DNA from: Escherichia phage vB_EcoM_SQ17
Sequence record: MW882907
DNA: 64,000 nt
Reading direction: 5' to 3' (one strand)
The notes below the pieces were generated by a model, which ran no database searches, had not been told where the DNA came from, and was given only the letters and a program-made list of their open reading frames with translations. Every line of letters starts with the position of its first letter. The stretch's first letter is position 1. A program made the translations under genes and the position numbers. This document shows, piece after piece, positions 28,085 through 38,468 of this stretch.

Positions 28085-29754
28085 TGATGAGTGATATCGC
28101 CACCGATTGGACGATAGGAAACACCAGTTTCTTTATCAGTTAGTACCCATTTACCAGGATTTTTTGTAATCAGAGTAGCCGTTACAGGTTCTGCTACGTC
28201 ATAACTAATAGAACCGTCCTGAAGTACACGGCCCATGTTACGTAATTGCTTAGTCAGAAGTTCCATACCTTTATAATATGCGGCTACCGCTTTAAGTGGA
28301 TTATTCTTGAAATAACCACCTAATGCAATCCAGATAATTGCTACAGCCAAATGATGATACTCGTTAAACGAACTCATCTTTCCATATTTGTAAACTAATG
28401 GATTGATGTTAATAGTCACATTACAAGTTGTTTCATCAATAGTAAACTGCCCCCAGGTCGGATTAGCGTTGAATTCATCATAACCTGAAACAGCATAAAG
28501 CACTTTAGCTTCATCATACAATTTTGGCCCATAAATCTTGGTTTCGCCAAAATATCCACGAGGGTCGATAAACTTGACTTCGCCATTATCAGTAATCATA
28601 GTATTACTGAAGTTCGGGTCACCATGAATAACAGAGTACTGTCCCTGAGAACGGTTATGATAACGAATAAGGTGTTCTAAAGCTTGTTTCAGCATTGGCT
28701 TCAGACGCCCAATCTTAGTGTAGTTCACATGTGTGATTTTACCAAATGAATCAATCAATGGTTGAATACTTTCACAACGATCAATAACTTTAGTATAGAA
28801 TTCTTTAGTGAAATCACGACGAACAGTTTCAGGACTTACAAAATAAGTGTCTGTGCTGAATTTCAGTGCATCTAAAATTGCATCAACAATTTGTGGACGA
28901 GCAAGACTCGATTTGGATTTAATATATTCAAATGCCGGCTTACCTTTAATGCGTTCCATTTCAAAGTTATTTTCATTAACAGAAACTAACTGAGGAACTG
29001 AATCTGATTTCACTTTAAGATACCATGAAATCTCATCTTTCTGAAGAGCTCGGCCTTGTTCGGTTAATGCGAATTTAGTTACAGTTTCTTCACCAATTTC
29101 AACGGCATTAAAACTACGATTAAGTTCACGAACTTCATGAGCCTTTTCAAGTTTAGGCATATCACCTAAATCAATTAGATTCATAAGCTCTGATTTATTG
29201 AATGCGCTGCCGTAAAGGAATTCTACGAAATCACGTCCTTTGCAGTATTCATGAATTTCCTCATCAGTAGAACCCATATAGAATTCCCAGTCTTTGAACT
29301 GATAAATTCCTACAACATTACCACCTGTTGAACCTACGTTAGTGATATTTTCGCCGTCGAAATTATATCGACATTCGTCACCCTTAACATAGATTGCGTT
29401 AACATTCCAAGACCATGAACCAAAATCAGGAATAATATCACACCAGTTAACAATTACATTATGGCCGTCTAAATCTTTGTGTAATTTAGCAAGAGCATAA
29501 GCAGAACCATACGCTTCATCAACTGTACGAATAGTCACATTGAACCCTTCTTGCTCACAATAAGCTCGAACAGTTTCAGCAAATTTTGAATGAACTACTA
29601 CAATAATTTCATCTGCGCCAAGGTCAGAATAAATTGTATACAAATTGCTCAGAATAGTGTCTTGTTTATAGTTAACAAGCACCTTAGGAATATGATGCGT
29701 TATTGGATACAAACGAGTTGCCAGTCCAGCACCAAGAATAACAGCTTTTTTCAT
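28069..29754 (-). CDS. bifunctional sugar-1-phosphate nucleotidyltransferase (N-terminal) and APH/choline-kinase-like sugar kinase (C-terminal)
   Basis: 561 aa; N-terminal ILGAGLATRL sugar nucleotidyltransferase signature; C-terminal IHGDPNFSNTMITDNGEVKFIDPRG kinase catalytic loop (HGD...N, IDxx). Confidence 0.75.
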   Translation of the reverse strand: MKKAVILGAGLATRLYPITHHIPKVLVNYKQDTILSNLYTIYSDLGADEIIVVVHSKFAETVRAYCEQEGFNVTIRTVDEAYGSAYALAKLHKDLDGHNVIVNWCDIIPDFGSWSWNVNAIYVKGDECRYNFDGENITNVGSTGGNVVGIYQFKDWEFYMGSTDEEIHEYCKGRDFVEFLYGSAFNKSELMNLIDLGDMPKLEKAHEVRELNRSFNAVEIGEETVTKFALTEQGRALQKDEISWYLKVKSDSVPQLVSVNENNFEMERIKGKPAFEYIKSKSSLARPQIVDAILDALKFSTDTYFVSPETVRRDFTKEFYTKVIDRCESIQPLIDSFGKITHVNYTKIGRLKPMLKQALEHLIRYHNRSQGQYSVIHGDPNFSNTMITDNGEVKFIDPRGYFGETKIYGPKLYDEAKVLYAVSGYDEFNANPTWGQFTIDETTCNVTININPLVYKYGKMSSFNEYHHLAVAIIWIALGGYFKNNPLKAVAAYYKGMELLTKQLRNMGRVLQDGSISYDVAEPVTATLITKNPGKWVLTDKETGVSYRPIGGDITHQWERI

Positions 29755-29795
29755 GTTGTGGTCCTCATTGGTAAGTAGGAGTATTGTACACTATT

Positions 29796-29939
29796 CTAGT
29801 TAAAGCATTCATACTTTGCTTGTAGTCCAATCATAATCCATCCGATTACAAGTGTTGGAATCATTACTGGAGCCGTTAAGCTCCAGTAGATAGTCATGAC
29901 AAGCATCAATAGTAAAAGTCCTATTGTTATTGCTTTCAT
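29796..29939 (-). CDS. small membrane peptide (47 aa), translationally coupled, absent from ORF track
   Basis: ATG overlaps the TAA of the isomerase gene (TAATG); translation MKAITIGLLLLMLVMTIYWSLTAPVMIPTLVIGWIMIGLQAKYECFN is strongly hydrophobic. Confidence 0.35.
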   Translation of the reverse strand: MKAITIGLLLLMLVMTIYWSLTAPVMIPTLVIGWIMIGLQAKYECFN

Positions 29940-30571
29940 TATTCGCCTCGTAACATGGCACCTAGTGCACCACCAGGGTGGAACTTAAGGAAGTCATTAG
30001 AGGTAAATCCACGCTCAGATGAAAGGTTGATAGCAAAAGTATCGATAAGCGCTAACAACAATGTAGTGGACATGGTCGGAGCCAGAGAATTCTCATCAAC
30101 CTCTACTGCGATGCCTGTACAGAAAGAGTAATCAAAAAGGGCTTCATTTTCTTGTGGAATGTCTGGGTTACAATGCAACAGAATCTGTTTGACGTTCGGA
30201 CGAATCATTTTAAGATGCTTAGCCACGCCTATCATTTCTTCAGTTTTACCGGAACGACTAATATGAATCAACACATCATTAGGCGCAATGAATCCTGCAT
30301 CACCGTGAGAATAATGCCCAGTGTTCAAGTACATACTCGGGATACCGAGTGAAGCAAATGTCTCAGAAGCTTTAGTTGCAATATTAGCATTCTTACCAAC
30401 ACCTGTAATAATTACTCGGCTTTCATAATTACTAAGTCCTGGGCGTCGAAGAGTTTCTAGAATAGCATTATAACGAGCAGGGTTTTGACTAATTACTTTG
30501 GCCATAGCGGCCAAAGAAGAAGCTTGTTTTATGATTGCGTCAATAGCGATAGTAATAGGAGTAGTTTTCAT
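29939..30571 (-). CDS. D-arabinose-5-phosphate isomerase, KdsD/GutQ-like single SIS domain
   Basis: 210 aa; ITGVGKNANIATKASETFASLG, HISRSGKTEE, LAPTMSTT and FHPGGALG align with the KdsD SIS domain hallmarks (GxGKSG, SNSG, LAPTSSTT, HPGGALG). Confidence 0.8.
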   Translation of the reverse strand: MKTTPITIAIDAIIKQASSLAAMAKVISQNPARYNAILETLRRPGLSNYESRVIITGVGKNANIATKASETFASLGIPSMYLNTGHYSHGDAGFIAPNDVLIHISRSGKTEEMIGVAKHLKMIRPNVKQILLHCNPDIPQENEALFDYSFCTGIAVEVDENSLAPTMSTTLLLALIDTFAINLSSERGFTSNDFLKFHPGGALGAMLRGE

Positions 30572-30611
30572 ATTTCTCTCATTTAATTAGTTTACCGTCC
30601 ATGTCATTATA

Positions 30612-33323
30612 TCAAAAATCGAACATATCGAACAGAGATGCTTTCTTCTCGTAATCGAGTTTCGCTGCTGATGTGAATCCTTCAAGTGGTTTAATAAATG
30701 TTTTCTCAAGGAGAACAGTGTAGTCCATCCAATGAAGTACATCGTCTTTAATTAAATCTGTGATTTCAGTACCAGAAGGCCATGCGATACATTTATCACC
30801 GAATGGGTTTCCTTCACGTAAAGGCAGAACATATACTTTTTCACCTTCTACAACTTGCGGTGCATCGATATTACCTTTGATAGCCCGGTTATACGTCAGA
30901 ATTCCACGAATATGGAACGGGCATTTGGGACCAGGGAATCCACCTACATCATATTTAGCAATGTTATTCGCAGAAGATACCGACGCGATGCTAATATAAT
31001 TCAATTGACGGAATTCTTTTTCAAACTCTTTAAAATATTCTTGTAATGATTCTTCACCTTCTTGAAGCATACGACGAATACATTCTTTAAGAGCTTTCTG
31101 TACTGCTTTAGGAGTCGAAGATTTCTGAGTCTCTAGACCCATGATTTTGAGTTTAGGCTCAGCGTAACGAGTACCTTCCATATCCCACACGTTTAATGCA
31201 TAACGTTTCTTACCAGTCCAGAATCCACCAATACCTTTAGAACCGAGTGGAGGCCCAGCGATAGCTTCTCGGTCCATGAACATTAAGTGTTGTTTATTGT
31301 TCATGTATTCACACATTTCACGGAAACCTCTATCAATAGCAGGTTCCATACGTTCACGTGCAAACTTATCTAAGAAGTCTACCCAATGGTTGGTATCACG
31401 GAATTTAGATTCACCAACCTTATCGATAATTTTATCAGCAGATACGTAAATAGAGTCTGTATCACCATAAAGAACGAAAGCTTCACCTTCTGTACCGCAA
31501 ACTTCATTCAGATATTCATTAACTTTACGTTCAATCCACTGTAAAGCCATTTGCCCGAATGTTGTGATTGCAGTAGCATTACGCAAATCATAATAACGGA
31601 ACCAAACGTTGCCAAGTGCACCATAAAGTGAGTTGATAAGCAATTTACGGTTAATTTGGGCAGTCATACCTGCAACTTCAGTACGTTGAGCTCTAAACAA
31701 CATTTCATTAAGAGATTTAGCAGACAACTTTTTAATCTTTTCTTTAATCTCATCGCTGAAGTCGAAACGATAATCAACATCTAATGGTTCGTCAACAGAA
31801 AGATTAGGATTATGCAATGCCTCTTTAATTATTTCACCATTACGTTGAGCTGCAAGCATGTAACCTTTATGTTCTTTACGTTGATTAAAGACTTTAGTGA
31901 TTTCAGTTGGAACTACACCATCACGGTCTTTATAATACATCATGCCGTTAGGAGAACAACTGTACACATCAGAAGGACGTTCAGCAACAGCGTTAATATA
32001 ATCATGCAATGGAGCTACTTTAAACGTTCCTGCTATTGTTTCTGGGCTAATATTCACTTGGCGAATAATACTTGGATACAGAGATGTAAGGTCGAAACTC
32101 ATTACATATTTGTATCGATTTGGAATAGGTTCCTTAACAAAAGCGCCGGGATAAGGTTGAACCGGGTGAGAACGACCTTGTGGAATCACCTTGTTCTGCT
32201 CTTTAAGGCTATTAAAAATAATAGCATCCCATGTTTTAATTGGGCTAAACACAGATTGAATCTGTATCTTAGCATAATAACCCATGTCCAAACTCAAGTT
32301 GATGAACTGACGCTTAGCATCAATTTGCAATACACGATACACGTCGATAATGTTATAAGAAATATATCGTTGGTGATTGCTTTCACGAAGCTTAGAAATA
32401 GGGCCGTCATATTTCAGTTTACCAACGTTCAATTCAAATTCTGAAATGTAATCCAGAGAATATGACGGTTGATTGGTAAAAGAGAATTTTTTGTAAAGGT
32501 CAATGTAATCAAGAACAGAGATACCGAACAATGTAATGATTTCACGAGAACCATACATGTTTTCAATAACTTTAACACGAGTTTTACGATGTGGTGATAA
32601 ACGTTTCGCAGTAGATTCGCCAAAAATATTCTTGATTCGGTTATACACATATGGAATATCAAATGACTCAACGTTCCATCCAGTCAAAATGACAGGAGTT
32701 TTCTGTTGCCAGAAGTTGAGATATTCCATCAACAATTCTTTTTCGTTATAGAACGGCATATAAATGATTTTATCGATAATTTCAGATGGAACTTCATCTC
32801 CACCTTGTTCTTGAAGCTTAGCCGCAATTTCGATAGACCATTCTTCTACATTACCATATGGAGAATTCAATAGATCAAATACGTAGAACCTGTCGTCAAT
32901 TGAGTCATAATGGGTGATAGCATCAATCGGATGTTTTGCTTGTGATGGCTCAGGGAACCCATCCGGAGATGTTACTTCGATGTCGAAGTTAGCCACACGA
33001 ATTTTTGTATGGTCGTATTTGATTTCATAGTTATAAGTGTCAGACAAATACGCCAATTTGAAATCGTCCATGCCAAGTGCTTCAAGACCGATATCTTCCA
33101 TGCGTTTAATCCATTGTGAGGCATCACGCATATTAGCGAACAACTTACGAGTACACGGCTTACCGTAGATATCGAAATATTTCGTAGCCTGACTTTCCGG
33201 ACAATGAGCAAACAGTGATGGTTTATATTCTACTTCACGAGTACGTTCACGGCCGTTAGAATCGATGTAACGTTCAAAAATTGAATCACCAATCTGTTCA
33301 ACCGTTAAGTAAAATTCTTTCAT
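30612..33323 (-). CDS. 43: DNA polymerase (family B) with 3'-5' exonuclease
   Basis: 903 aa; exo motifs FDIE and YNIIDV, polymerase motifs DxxSLYPS, KxxxNSxYG, YGDTDS; position upstream of regA. Confidence 0.95.
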   Translation of the reverse strand: MKEFYLTVEQIGDSIFERYIDSNGRERTREVEYKPSLFAHCPESQATKYFDIYGKPCTRKLFANMRDASQWIKRMEDIGLEALGMDDFKLAYLSDTYNYEIKYDHTKIRVANFDIEVTSPDGFPEPSQAKHPIDAITHYDSIDDRFYVFDLLNSPYGNVEEWSIEIAAKLQEQGGDEVPSEIIDKIIYMPFYNEKELLMEYLNFWQQKTPVILTGWNVESFDIPYVYNRIKNIFGESTAKRLSPHRKTRVKVIENMYGSREIITLFGISVLDYIDLYKKFSFTNQPSYSLDYISEFELNVGKLKYDGPISKLRESNHQRYISYNIIDVYRVLQIDAKRQFINLSLDMGYYAKIQIQSVFSPIKTWDAIIFNSLKEQNKVIPQGRSHPVQPYPGAFVKEPIPNRYKYVMSFDLTSLYPSIIRQVNISPETIAGTFKVAPLHDYINAVAERPSDVYSCSPNGMMYYKDRDGVVPTEITKVFNQRKEHKGYMLAAQRNGEIIKEALHNPNLSVDEPLDVDYRFDFSDEIKEKIKKLSAKSLNEMLFRAQRTEVAGMTAQINRKLLINSLYGALGNVWFRYYDLRNATAITTFGQMALQWIERKVNEYLNEVCGTEGEAFVLYGDTDSIYVSADKIIDKVGESKFRDTNHWVDFLDKFARERMEPAIDRGFREMCEYMNNKQHLMFMDREAIAGPPLGSKGIGGFWTGKKRYALNVWDMEGTRYAEPKLKIMGLETQKSSTPKAVQKALKECIRRMLQEGEESLQEYFKEFEKEFRQLNYISIASVSSANNIAKYDVGGFPGPKCPFHIRGILTYNRAIKGNIDAPQVVEGEKVYVLPLREGNPFGDKCIAWPSGTEITDLIKDDVLHWMDYTVLLEKTFIKPLEGFTSAAKLDYEKKASLFDMFDF

Positions 33324-33404
33324 TTAATTTCCTTTAGACGAGTTATTGTCTTTTGTTTGTTGATGAACTTATTATACTCCAAATGGGACCGAAGTCCCAT
33401 TGCT

Positions 33405-33773
33405 TTAATTACCAATTGTATATTTTGCTTTCAAAGTCCAGTCATCTTTCTGTTTAAAAGAGATAACACGGAAGTTATTAGTCAGGCCAAACAGATCTTC
33501 ACGAGCAGAGTCTTCAATAACAATCAATCCCCAGTCTTCAAGCAACTGAGCAATCGAATCACGTCGCTGATAGTCTTCACCGTCAATATCAACCTGACGT
33601 CCGTCCATACGCAACATTTCTTTAAAGTGGACGATGTAATATTTACCCTGCTTTTGGAGGATATGACAAGACTGGTAAAGGACTTTATCCTTGTTATTAG
33701 CGATGCCCATACGGGTCAAAGTCTCTTTGACTTTCAGAAAATCTTCAGGGTTCTTCAATTTAATTTCAATCAT
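33405..33773 (-). CDS. regA: RegA translational repressor
   Basis: start set to MIEIKLK (ATG at 33771-33773); near-identical to remembered T4 RegA across most of its length. Confidence 0.9.
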   Translation of the reverse strand: MIEIKLKNPEDFLKVKETLTRMGIANNKDKVLYQSCHILQKQGKYYIVHFKEMLRMDGRQVDIDGEDYQRRDSIAQLLEDWGLIVIEDSAREDLFGLTNNFRVISFKQKDDWTLKAKYTIGN

Positions 33774-33775
33774 TT

Positions 33776-34339
33776 TTACCATTCCAATGCTAATTTTTTA
33801 AATTGTTTTTGTTCTTTCACATTTTTTGTAACTTCTTTGAGAAACTCATCAGTGACCATGGCCTTCAGTTCTTTAAGGACTATTGGCAACTTGTTATTTT
33901 TTTCAAGGAGCCGCTTATACTCAGTAGCATCATTCATGTTGATTGTGTAATGTTTCATCAACAGTTTGATAACTAGTAACTCTGAAGTGTCTTCGACTAG
34001 TTTAGCCCATTTAGAGAATCGACGACCACGTGGAATTGCCGCCATCATATAGTTGAAGTGCGCTTCATCACTTAATTCAGAACCGACTAAGTTCATCATG
34101 TAAACAGCTGGCATACATTCTGGGAACTGGGATAATGAGTTCTCAACCATAAATTTTGAGTAGTCGACCTGAGCAATTGACATAGATTTCTTTTCATTAA
34201 TAGCATTAATGATTTTAAAGAATTCATTCTCAGGTTTTTCTTTAAACATATCAGCACATTTTTGAATCGCATCAGCGTCATTAGACTTCCATGCAATTTG
34301 GTGCTCGTTAAGCTGGACGTCATCATCGAATAAGTTCAT
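33776..34339 (-). CDS. 62: clamp loader small subunit
   Basis: 187 aa, same length as T4 gp62; position between 44 and regA. Confidence 0.8.
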   Translation of the reverse strand: MNLFDDDVQLNEHQIAWKSNDADAIQKCADMFKEKPENEFFKIINAINEKKSMSIAQVDYSKFMVENSLSQFPECMPAVYMMNLVGSELSDEAHFNYMMAAIPRGRRFSKWAKLVEDTSELLVIKLLMKHYTINMNDATEYKRLLEKNNKLPIVLKELKAMVTDEFLKEVTKNVKEQKQFKKLALEW

Positions 34340-34340
34340 A

Positions 34341-35303
34341 TTATTTCCAAGTCAGTTCGCAGGTCAGTTGAAGAAGCATATACATAACATGTAATTCAAT
34401 ATTACTTGCTAATCCATGAAACTTATTGTTTTCGCCTGCAATTTCGTAAAGCGAAATAATACTTTTACCAGGTGCAACTTGGTCATAACATTCTGAAACT
34501 AATTTATCGATGAACCATGAATAATCTGCGGCATATTTTGGAGCTAATGCACGAAGTTGTTTGATATCTTTGTTCTTCATTGCTTCGATAACATCAGAGA
34601 CTGTGCCACGGTCATTAGTTACGATAGACAAAATACCCGCATCAAGAACACCTTTAGACGAGTACTGGTCTAATTGACCAATTGTACGACGAAAGTCCGG
34701 GAAGTTCTTTTTAACCAGAGCTGCAACAACTTTCATATCAGCGATTTCGATATTTTCATTCTTACAGATTTCAACCATACGATGAATCATTTTCTTCATC
34801 ATCGAGATTTTATCTTCTTCGGTTGGACGACCGAATTCGATAACTCGGCAACGACTACGTAATGGTTCAATAATTCCATCGATGTTGTTAGCAGTAATAA
34901 CAATAGAGCAGTTACTAGAGAATTCTTCCATAAACGTACGAAGGTGACGTTGTGATTCGGCGAGGCCACTACGGTCAAATTCATCAATAACAATAACTTT
35001 AGGCTTGCCTTCCATTGAGACTGAACGAGCGAATGCAGTTAACGGTCCCCGTACAAAATCAATCTTACAATCAGAACCGTTGACGAACATCATTTCAGCG
35101 TTGATATCATTACATAATGCTTTTGCTACGGTTGTTTTACCTGTACCAGGAGAAGGAGAGTGCAAAATAATATGAGGAAGTTTTCCTTTAGATACTAAAG
35201 ACTTGAATGTTTCATGGTCATACGCAGGCAGAATACATTCGTCAATGGAAGAAGGACGATATTTCTGTTCTAGAATGTGTTCTTTGGAATTGATAGTAAT
35301 CAT
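34341..35303 (-). CDS. 44: clamp loader ATPase subunit (AAA+)
   Basis: 320 aa; Walker [11 protein letters not shown], Walker B IVIDEFD, SRC motif LRSRCR. Confidence 0.9.
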   Translation of the reverse strand: MITINSKEHILEQKYRPSSIDECILPAYDHETFKSLVSKGKLPHIILHSPSPGTGKTTVAKALCNDINAEMMFVNGSDCKIDFVRGPLTAFARSVSMEGKPKVIVIDEFDRSGLAESQRHLRTFMEEFSSNCSIVITANNIDGIIEPLRSRCRVIEFGRPTEEDKISMMKKMIHRMVEICKNENIEIADMKVVAALVKKNFPDFRRTIGQLDQYSSKGVLDAGILSIVTNDRGTVSDVIEAMKNKDIKQLRALAPKYAADYSWFIDKLVSECYDQVAPGKSIISLYEIAGENNKFHGLASNIELHVMYMLLQLTCELTWK

Positions 35304-35378
35304 GTAATTTTCCTCATTATCATTAAACTGGAGGATTTCTCCTCCATAATCGTATCACAATAAACGTAAAGCTTTGAC

Positions 35379-36065
35379 TTAGAAGTCGTGAGTAGAATCG
35401 GCTTCCATCGCAATAACATAACTTACTTGAGAGCTTTCAAACTTGGCTGCAACTTTATCACCAGCTCCCCACAACATTACTTTATAGTTACCTGGCTGGA
35501 TTTTCATATTAGCCATATTGATTACGAAGTTAAAATTGTTAGAACCGTCATAATCGGTAAGAGTCAAAGAATACTTAGGACGAGTTAGTCCAGAATCTTC
35601 AACTTTATTGTAACCATTGATAACAATTTTACCATCTTTATTTGTAATAGCAATTGTATCAATCTGAAGACCACGTGAAACTCGAAGCAATTGTTGAAGG
35701 TCTTCAGCTTTAATTTCAGTAATCACAGAAGCCACTGGGAATTGAATTGGCTTATTAGGAAAAACAATGGTGCTCTTGTCAGCGGCAGGCCAATAAACCG
35801 TGGAACGTGTATCTGCAATTTTAATATTGCCATCAGTGTGCATTGAAATTTCAGCATCATCAGACACTAGACTCAAAATGCTTAAGAAGCTATTCAAATC
35901 ATAAAGTGCTACGTCAAAATCAATTTCATCAGAGATATTTGCTTCCGCATAAGTGGTGCCATTAACTGCACGAGTCATAATAAATTTACCTTGACTCAGC
36001 AGAATGCCGGAGTTAATAGAGGCAAAGTTTTTCAGAATAGCGATAGTATCTTTAGACAGTTTCAT
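35379..36065 (-). CDS. 45: sliding clamp
   Basis: start set to MKLSKDT (ATG at 36063-36065); 228 aa closely matching remembered T4 gp45. Confidence 0.9.
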   Translation of the reverse strand: MKLSKDTIAILKNFASINSGILLSQGKFIMTRAVNGTTYAEANISDEIDFDVALYDLNSFLSILSLVSDDAEISMHTDGNIKIADTRSTVYWPAADKSTIVFPNKPIQFPVASVITEIKAEDLQQLLRVSRGLQIDTIAITNKDGKIVINGYNKVEDSGLTRPKYSLTLTDYDGSNNFNFVINMANMKIQPGNYKVMLWGAGDKVAAKFESSQVSYVIAMEADSTHDF

Positions 36066-36107
36066 TTTATTTCCTTTCAAGACAATTCAAAGTTTATAAC
36101 AAATTTA

Positions 36108-36524
36108 TTATGCAGCAACCATCTGCTTTTTAATAGCTTCAGGCAGTGATTCAATATATTCTGGAATTTTAGAAGCAACAATTTCACCAGCTGCAATTAG
36201 TTGTTCGTCGGCATCAACACAGTAGAAATCTTCCAGACGCTCAGAACCATCTTTATCAAGAACGATTTTTCCGCCAGCTTCAATAGAATCTTTATAGTGC
36301 TTACGCATCAGATGAATCCACATATCAGATACATCGTTATCAATAAAACCATAAATCATAAAACGAGTTTCTTGTGGCAAAGATTGGAGTTTTTTGGCAC
36401 TTGCGTCATCACAATGCAGGACCCATGCTTTACGAACACGATTATGGTTATGTGGGTTAGCGTCAGTACGGATAGAAGTAACTTTCAGATCAGCAGCAGT
36501 GAAACCTTTAGCAGTAGTAAACAT
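36108..36524 (-). CDS. rpbA: RpbA-like RNA polymerase-binding protein (by position)
   Basis: 138 aa ORF between genes 46 and 45. Confidence 0.5.
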   Translation of the reverse strand: MFTTAKGFTAADLKVTSIRTDANPHNHNRVRKAWVLHCDDASAKKLQSLPQETRFMIYGFIDNDVSDMWIHLMRKHYKDSIEAGGKIVLDKDGSERLEDFYCVDADEQLIAAGEIVASKIPEYIESLPEAIKKQMVAA

Positions 36525-36536
36525 ATTATTTCTCTC

Positions 36537-36737
36537 TTATTCGTAGAAGTCGGTAACTGTCCATGCGGAATTGCGATTAGACATTATTTTATTATACTCA
36601 TCTTTAAAAGCAGATTTGAGCATTTGTTCAGTAACAATATGTTCTTCACCTGAAAACGTATTGGTCAAAACATATTTTTTAATTTCAGGGACAACGAGAA
36701 GATGTTGTCCGGTTGAATACTCCATGTTGTTCTCCAT
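36537..36737 (-). CDS. hypothetical protein (45.2 position)
   Basis: 66 aa ORF. Confidence 0.45.
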   Translation of the reverse strand: MENNMEYSTGQHLLVVPEIKKYVLTNTFSGEEHIVTEQMLKSAFKDEYNKIMSNRNSAWTVTDFYE

Positions 36738-36779
36738 TTAATTTGATGTGGTCATTATAACCACATCGTGTTAAAGCGT

Positions 36780-38468
36780 TTATGAAACAGTCATTACAGT
36801 AAATCGTCCAACTTTGCTCATTTGAAGATGTTGTCCATAAGCTTGTGGGTCATGGTCTCTGTGACTAATTATAAACACGTTTGCATCGGTTAGAGAGTTA
36901 AGAATTGTTGAAATAGCTTTAATACCTTCAGAATCAGTCGCGGAATCCATGACTTCGTCCATAATTAATGTATTGATTCTAACACCAGAGACCTTTTCAG
37001 CAATATCTCGCCATGTAAACAACAATGCGATATCGATACGCGCTTTTTCGCCTTGACTAAATGAAGCATAACTGAACTCTTCACGGCCACGTGATTTTAT
37101 AGATTCATTGAATTCTTCATCAATAGAAAACACGTAATCAGCTTCCATGATTTTAAGATAATGGTTAATCTGCTTGTTGAACAGAGGCACATATTTTTTA
37201 ATGATAGCACCTTTAATACCAGAATCTTTTAACATATCTGTGATAATACCACGATGGTATTTTTCAAGAACGATATCAGATTTTGTTTTAATGATTTTAT
37301 CAAGTTCTTTTTGAAGCAAAGCTATCTCATCGGCATGGTCGATAAATTCCGCTGAGGCTTGTTCTATTGCAGCTTTAACTTTCTTAGCTTTATCAATAGT
37401 GGCAATCATTGCTTGTTTCTTGGTACGAATATCAGATGCAAGGTCCTGTTTAGTCTTAACATTAGCTCTATATTCGTCCACTAGGACACTCAGATTATCT
37501 CTGTGACATGTAAGTTGCTCGAATGAGTGATTACATTCGTGAAGCTTATCGGTAATCTTAGAGACAATAGGATCACCCTGGTGCAACTGTGATGCACAAG
37601 TAGGACATGTGCCACCGTCATGATACATCTTAATAACTTTGTTATATGAGTCGATTTTAGATTTAATCAAGAATGCTTCTTGTCCGATCTTGTTGAATGC
37701 CTCAGTAGGGTCTTCATCAAGAACGATATTAAGTAGACGCTCGTTAGCTTCTTCGATTTCTGCTTTTAATGAACGAGCTTCTTTGGCTAGGTCGTCATAC
37801 ATATTCTGTAGACGCGCTACATTATCACCAGATAATTTCTTTTGACGTTCGATATTCTCGTTATAAATCTTAATTTGTTGGATAATACCATCTTTCTTGG
37901 CGTCGAGAACTTGTCCCTGGGAATTAAGTTCTCGAACTTGAGACTTATTGATTTTATCCATTTCAGCGAGTGTGCCGACTTCTAAAAGGTCTTCGACAAG
38001 TTTTCTACGAGCAGGGGTGCTAAGAGCCATGAAAGGGGTATACCCTGCCGTCCCAAGCACAACGATTTGTTTAAAAGACGCGTATGACATTCCGATGCTA
38101 CGTTCAAATTCTTCTTGGAAGTCACGACTGCTGGCAGATTCATCGAGACGAACACCGTCAACGGAGATTTCGAAAATATTGGGCTTTTGGCCACGTTTAA
38201 TGAAGTATTTTTTACCATCGAATTCCATCCAAAGCTCAACTAAGAGCTCTTTCTTGTTCGTGCTATTAATGATTTGCCCTTTCTTAACATCACGAAATGG
38301 TTTACCGAAAAGTCCGAAAGTAATGGCTTCTAACATCGTAGATTTACCACCACCATTTTTACCTGTGATTAAGGTCTTTTGGACTTTATCTAATTGGATA
38401 TCGATAAAATTTTGCCCAACAGACATTATATTTTTATAACGAACACGATTTAATTTAAATGTTTTCAC
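36780..38468 (-). CDS. 46: recombination endonuclease subunit (Rad50/SbcC-like ATPase)
   Basis: 562 aa; Walker A GKNGGGKST, coiled-coil middle with CPTC zinc hook, C-terminal signature and Walker B LIMDEV. Confidence 0.9.
   Translation of the reverse strand: MKTFKLNRVRYKNIMSVGQNFIDIQLDKVQKTLITGKNGGGKSTMLEAITFGLFGKPFRDVKKGQIINSTNKKELLVELWMEFDGKKYFIKRGQKPNIFEISVDGVRLDESASSRDFQEEFERSIGMSYASFKQIVVLGTAGYTPFMALSTPARRKLVEDLLEVGTLAEMDKINKSQVRELNSQGQVLDAKKDGIIQQIKIYNENIERQKKLSGDNVARLQNMYDDLAKEARSLKAEIEEANERLLNIVLDEDPTEAFNKIGQEAFLIKSKIDSYNKVIKMYHDGGTCPTCASQLHQGDPIVSKITDKLHECNHSFEQLTCHRDNLSVLVDEYRANVKTKQDLASDIRTKKQAMIATIDKAKKVKAAIEQASAEFIDHADEIALLQKELDKIIKTKSDIVLEKYHRGIITDMLKDSGIKGAIIKKYVPLFNKQINHYLKIMEADYVFSIDEEFNESIKSRGREEFSYASFSQGEKARIDIALLFTWRDIAEKVSGVRINTLIMDEVMDSATDSEGIKAISTILNSLTDANVFIISHRDHDPQAYGQHLQMSKVGRFTVMTVS

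Noticed and set aside
31812-32444. plus-strand 210-aa ORF inside DNA polymerase gene 43
   Set aside because: antisense shadow ORF within a highly conserved gene; composition typical of non-coding reverse frame
37948-38439. plus-strand 163-aa ORF inside gene 46
   Set aside because: antisense to Rad50-like gene; Ser-rich; no start context
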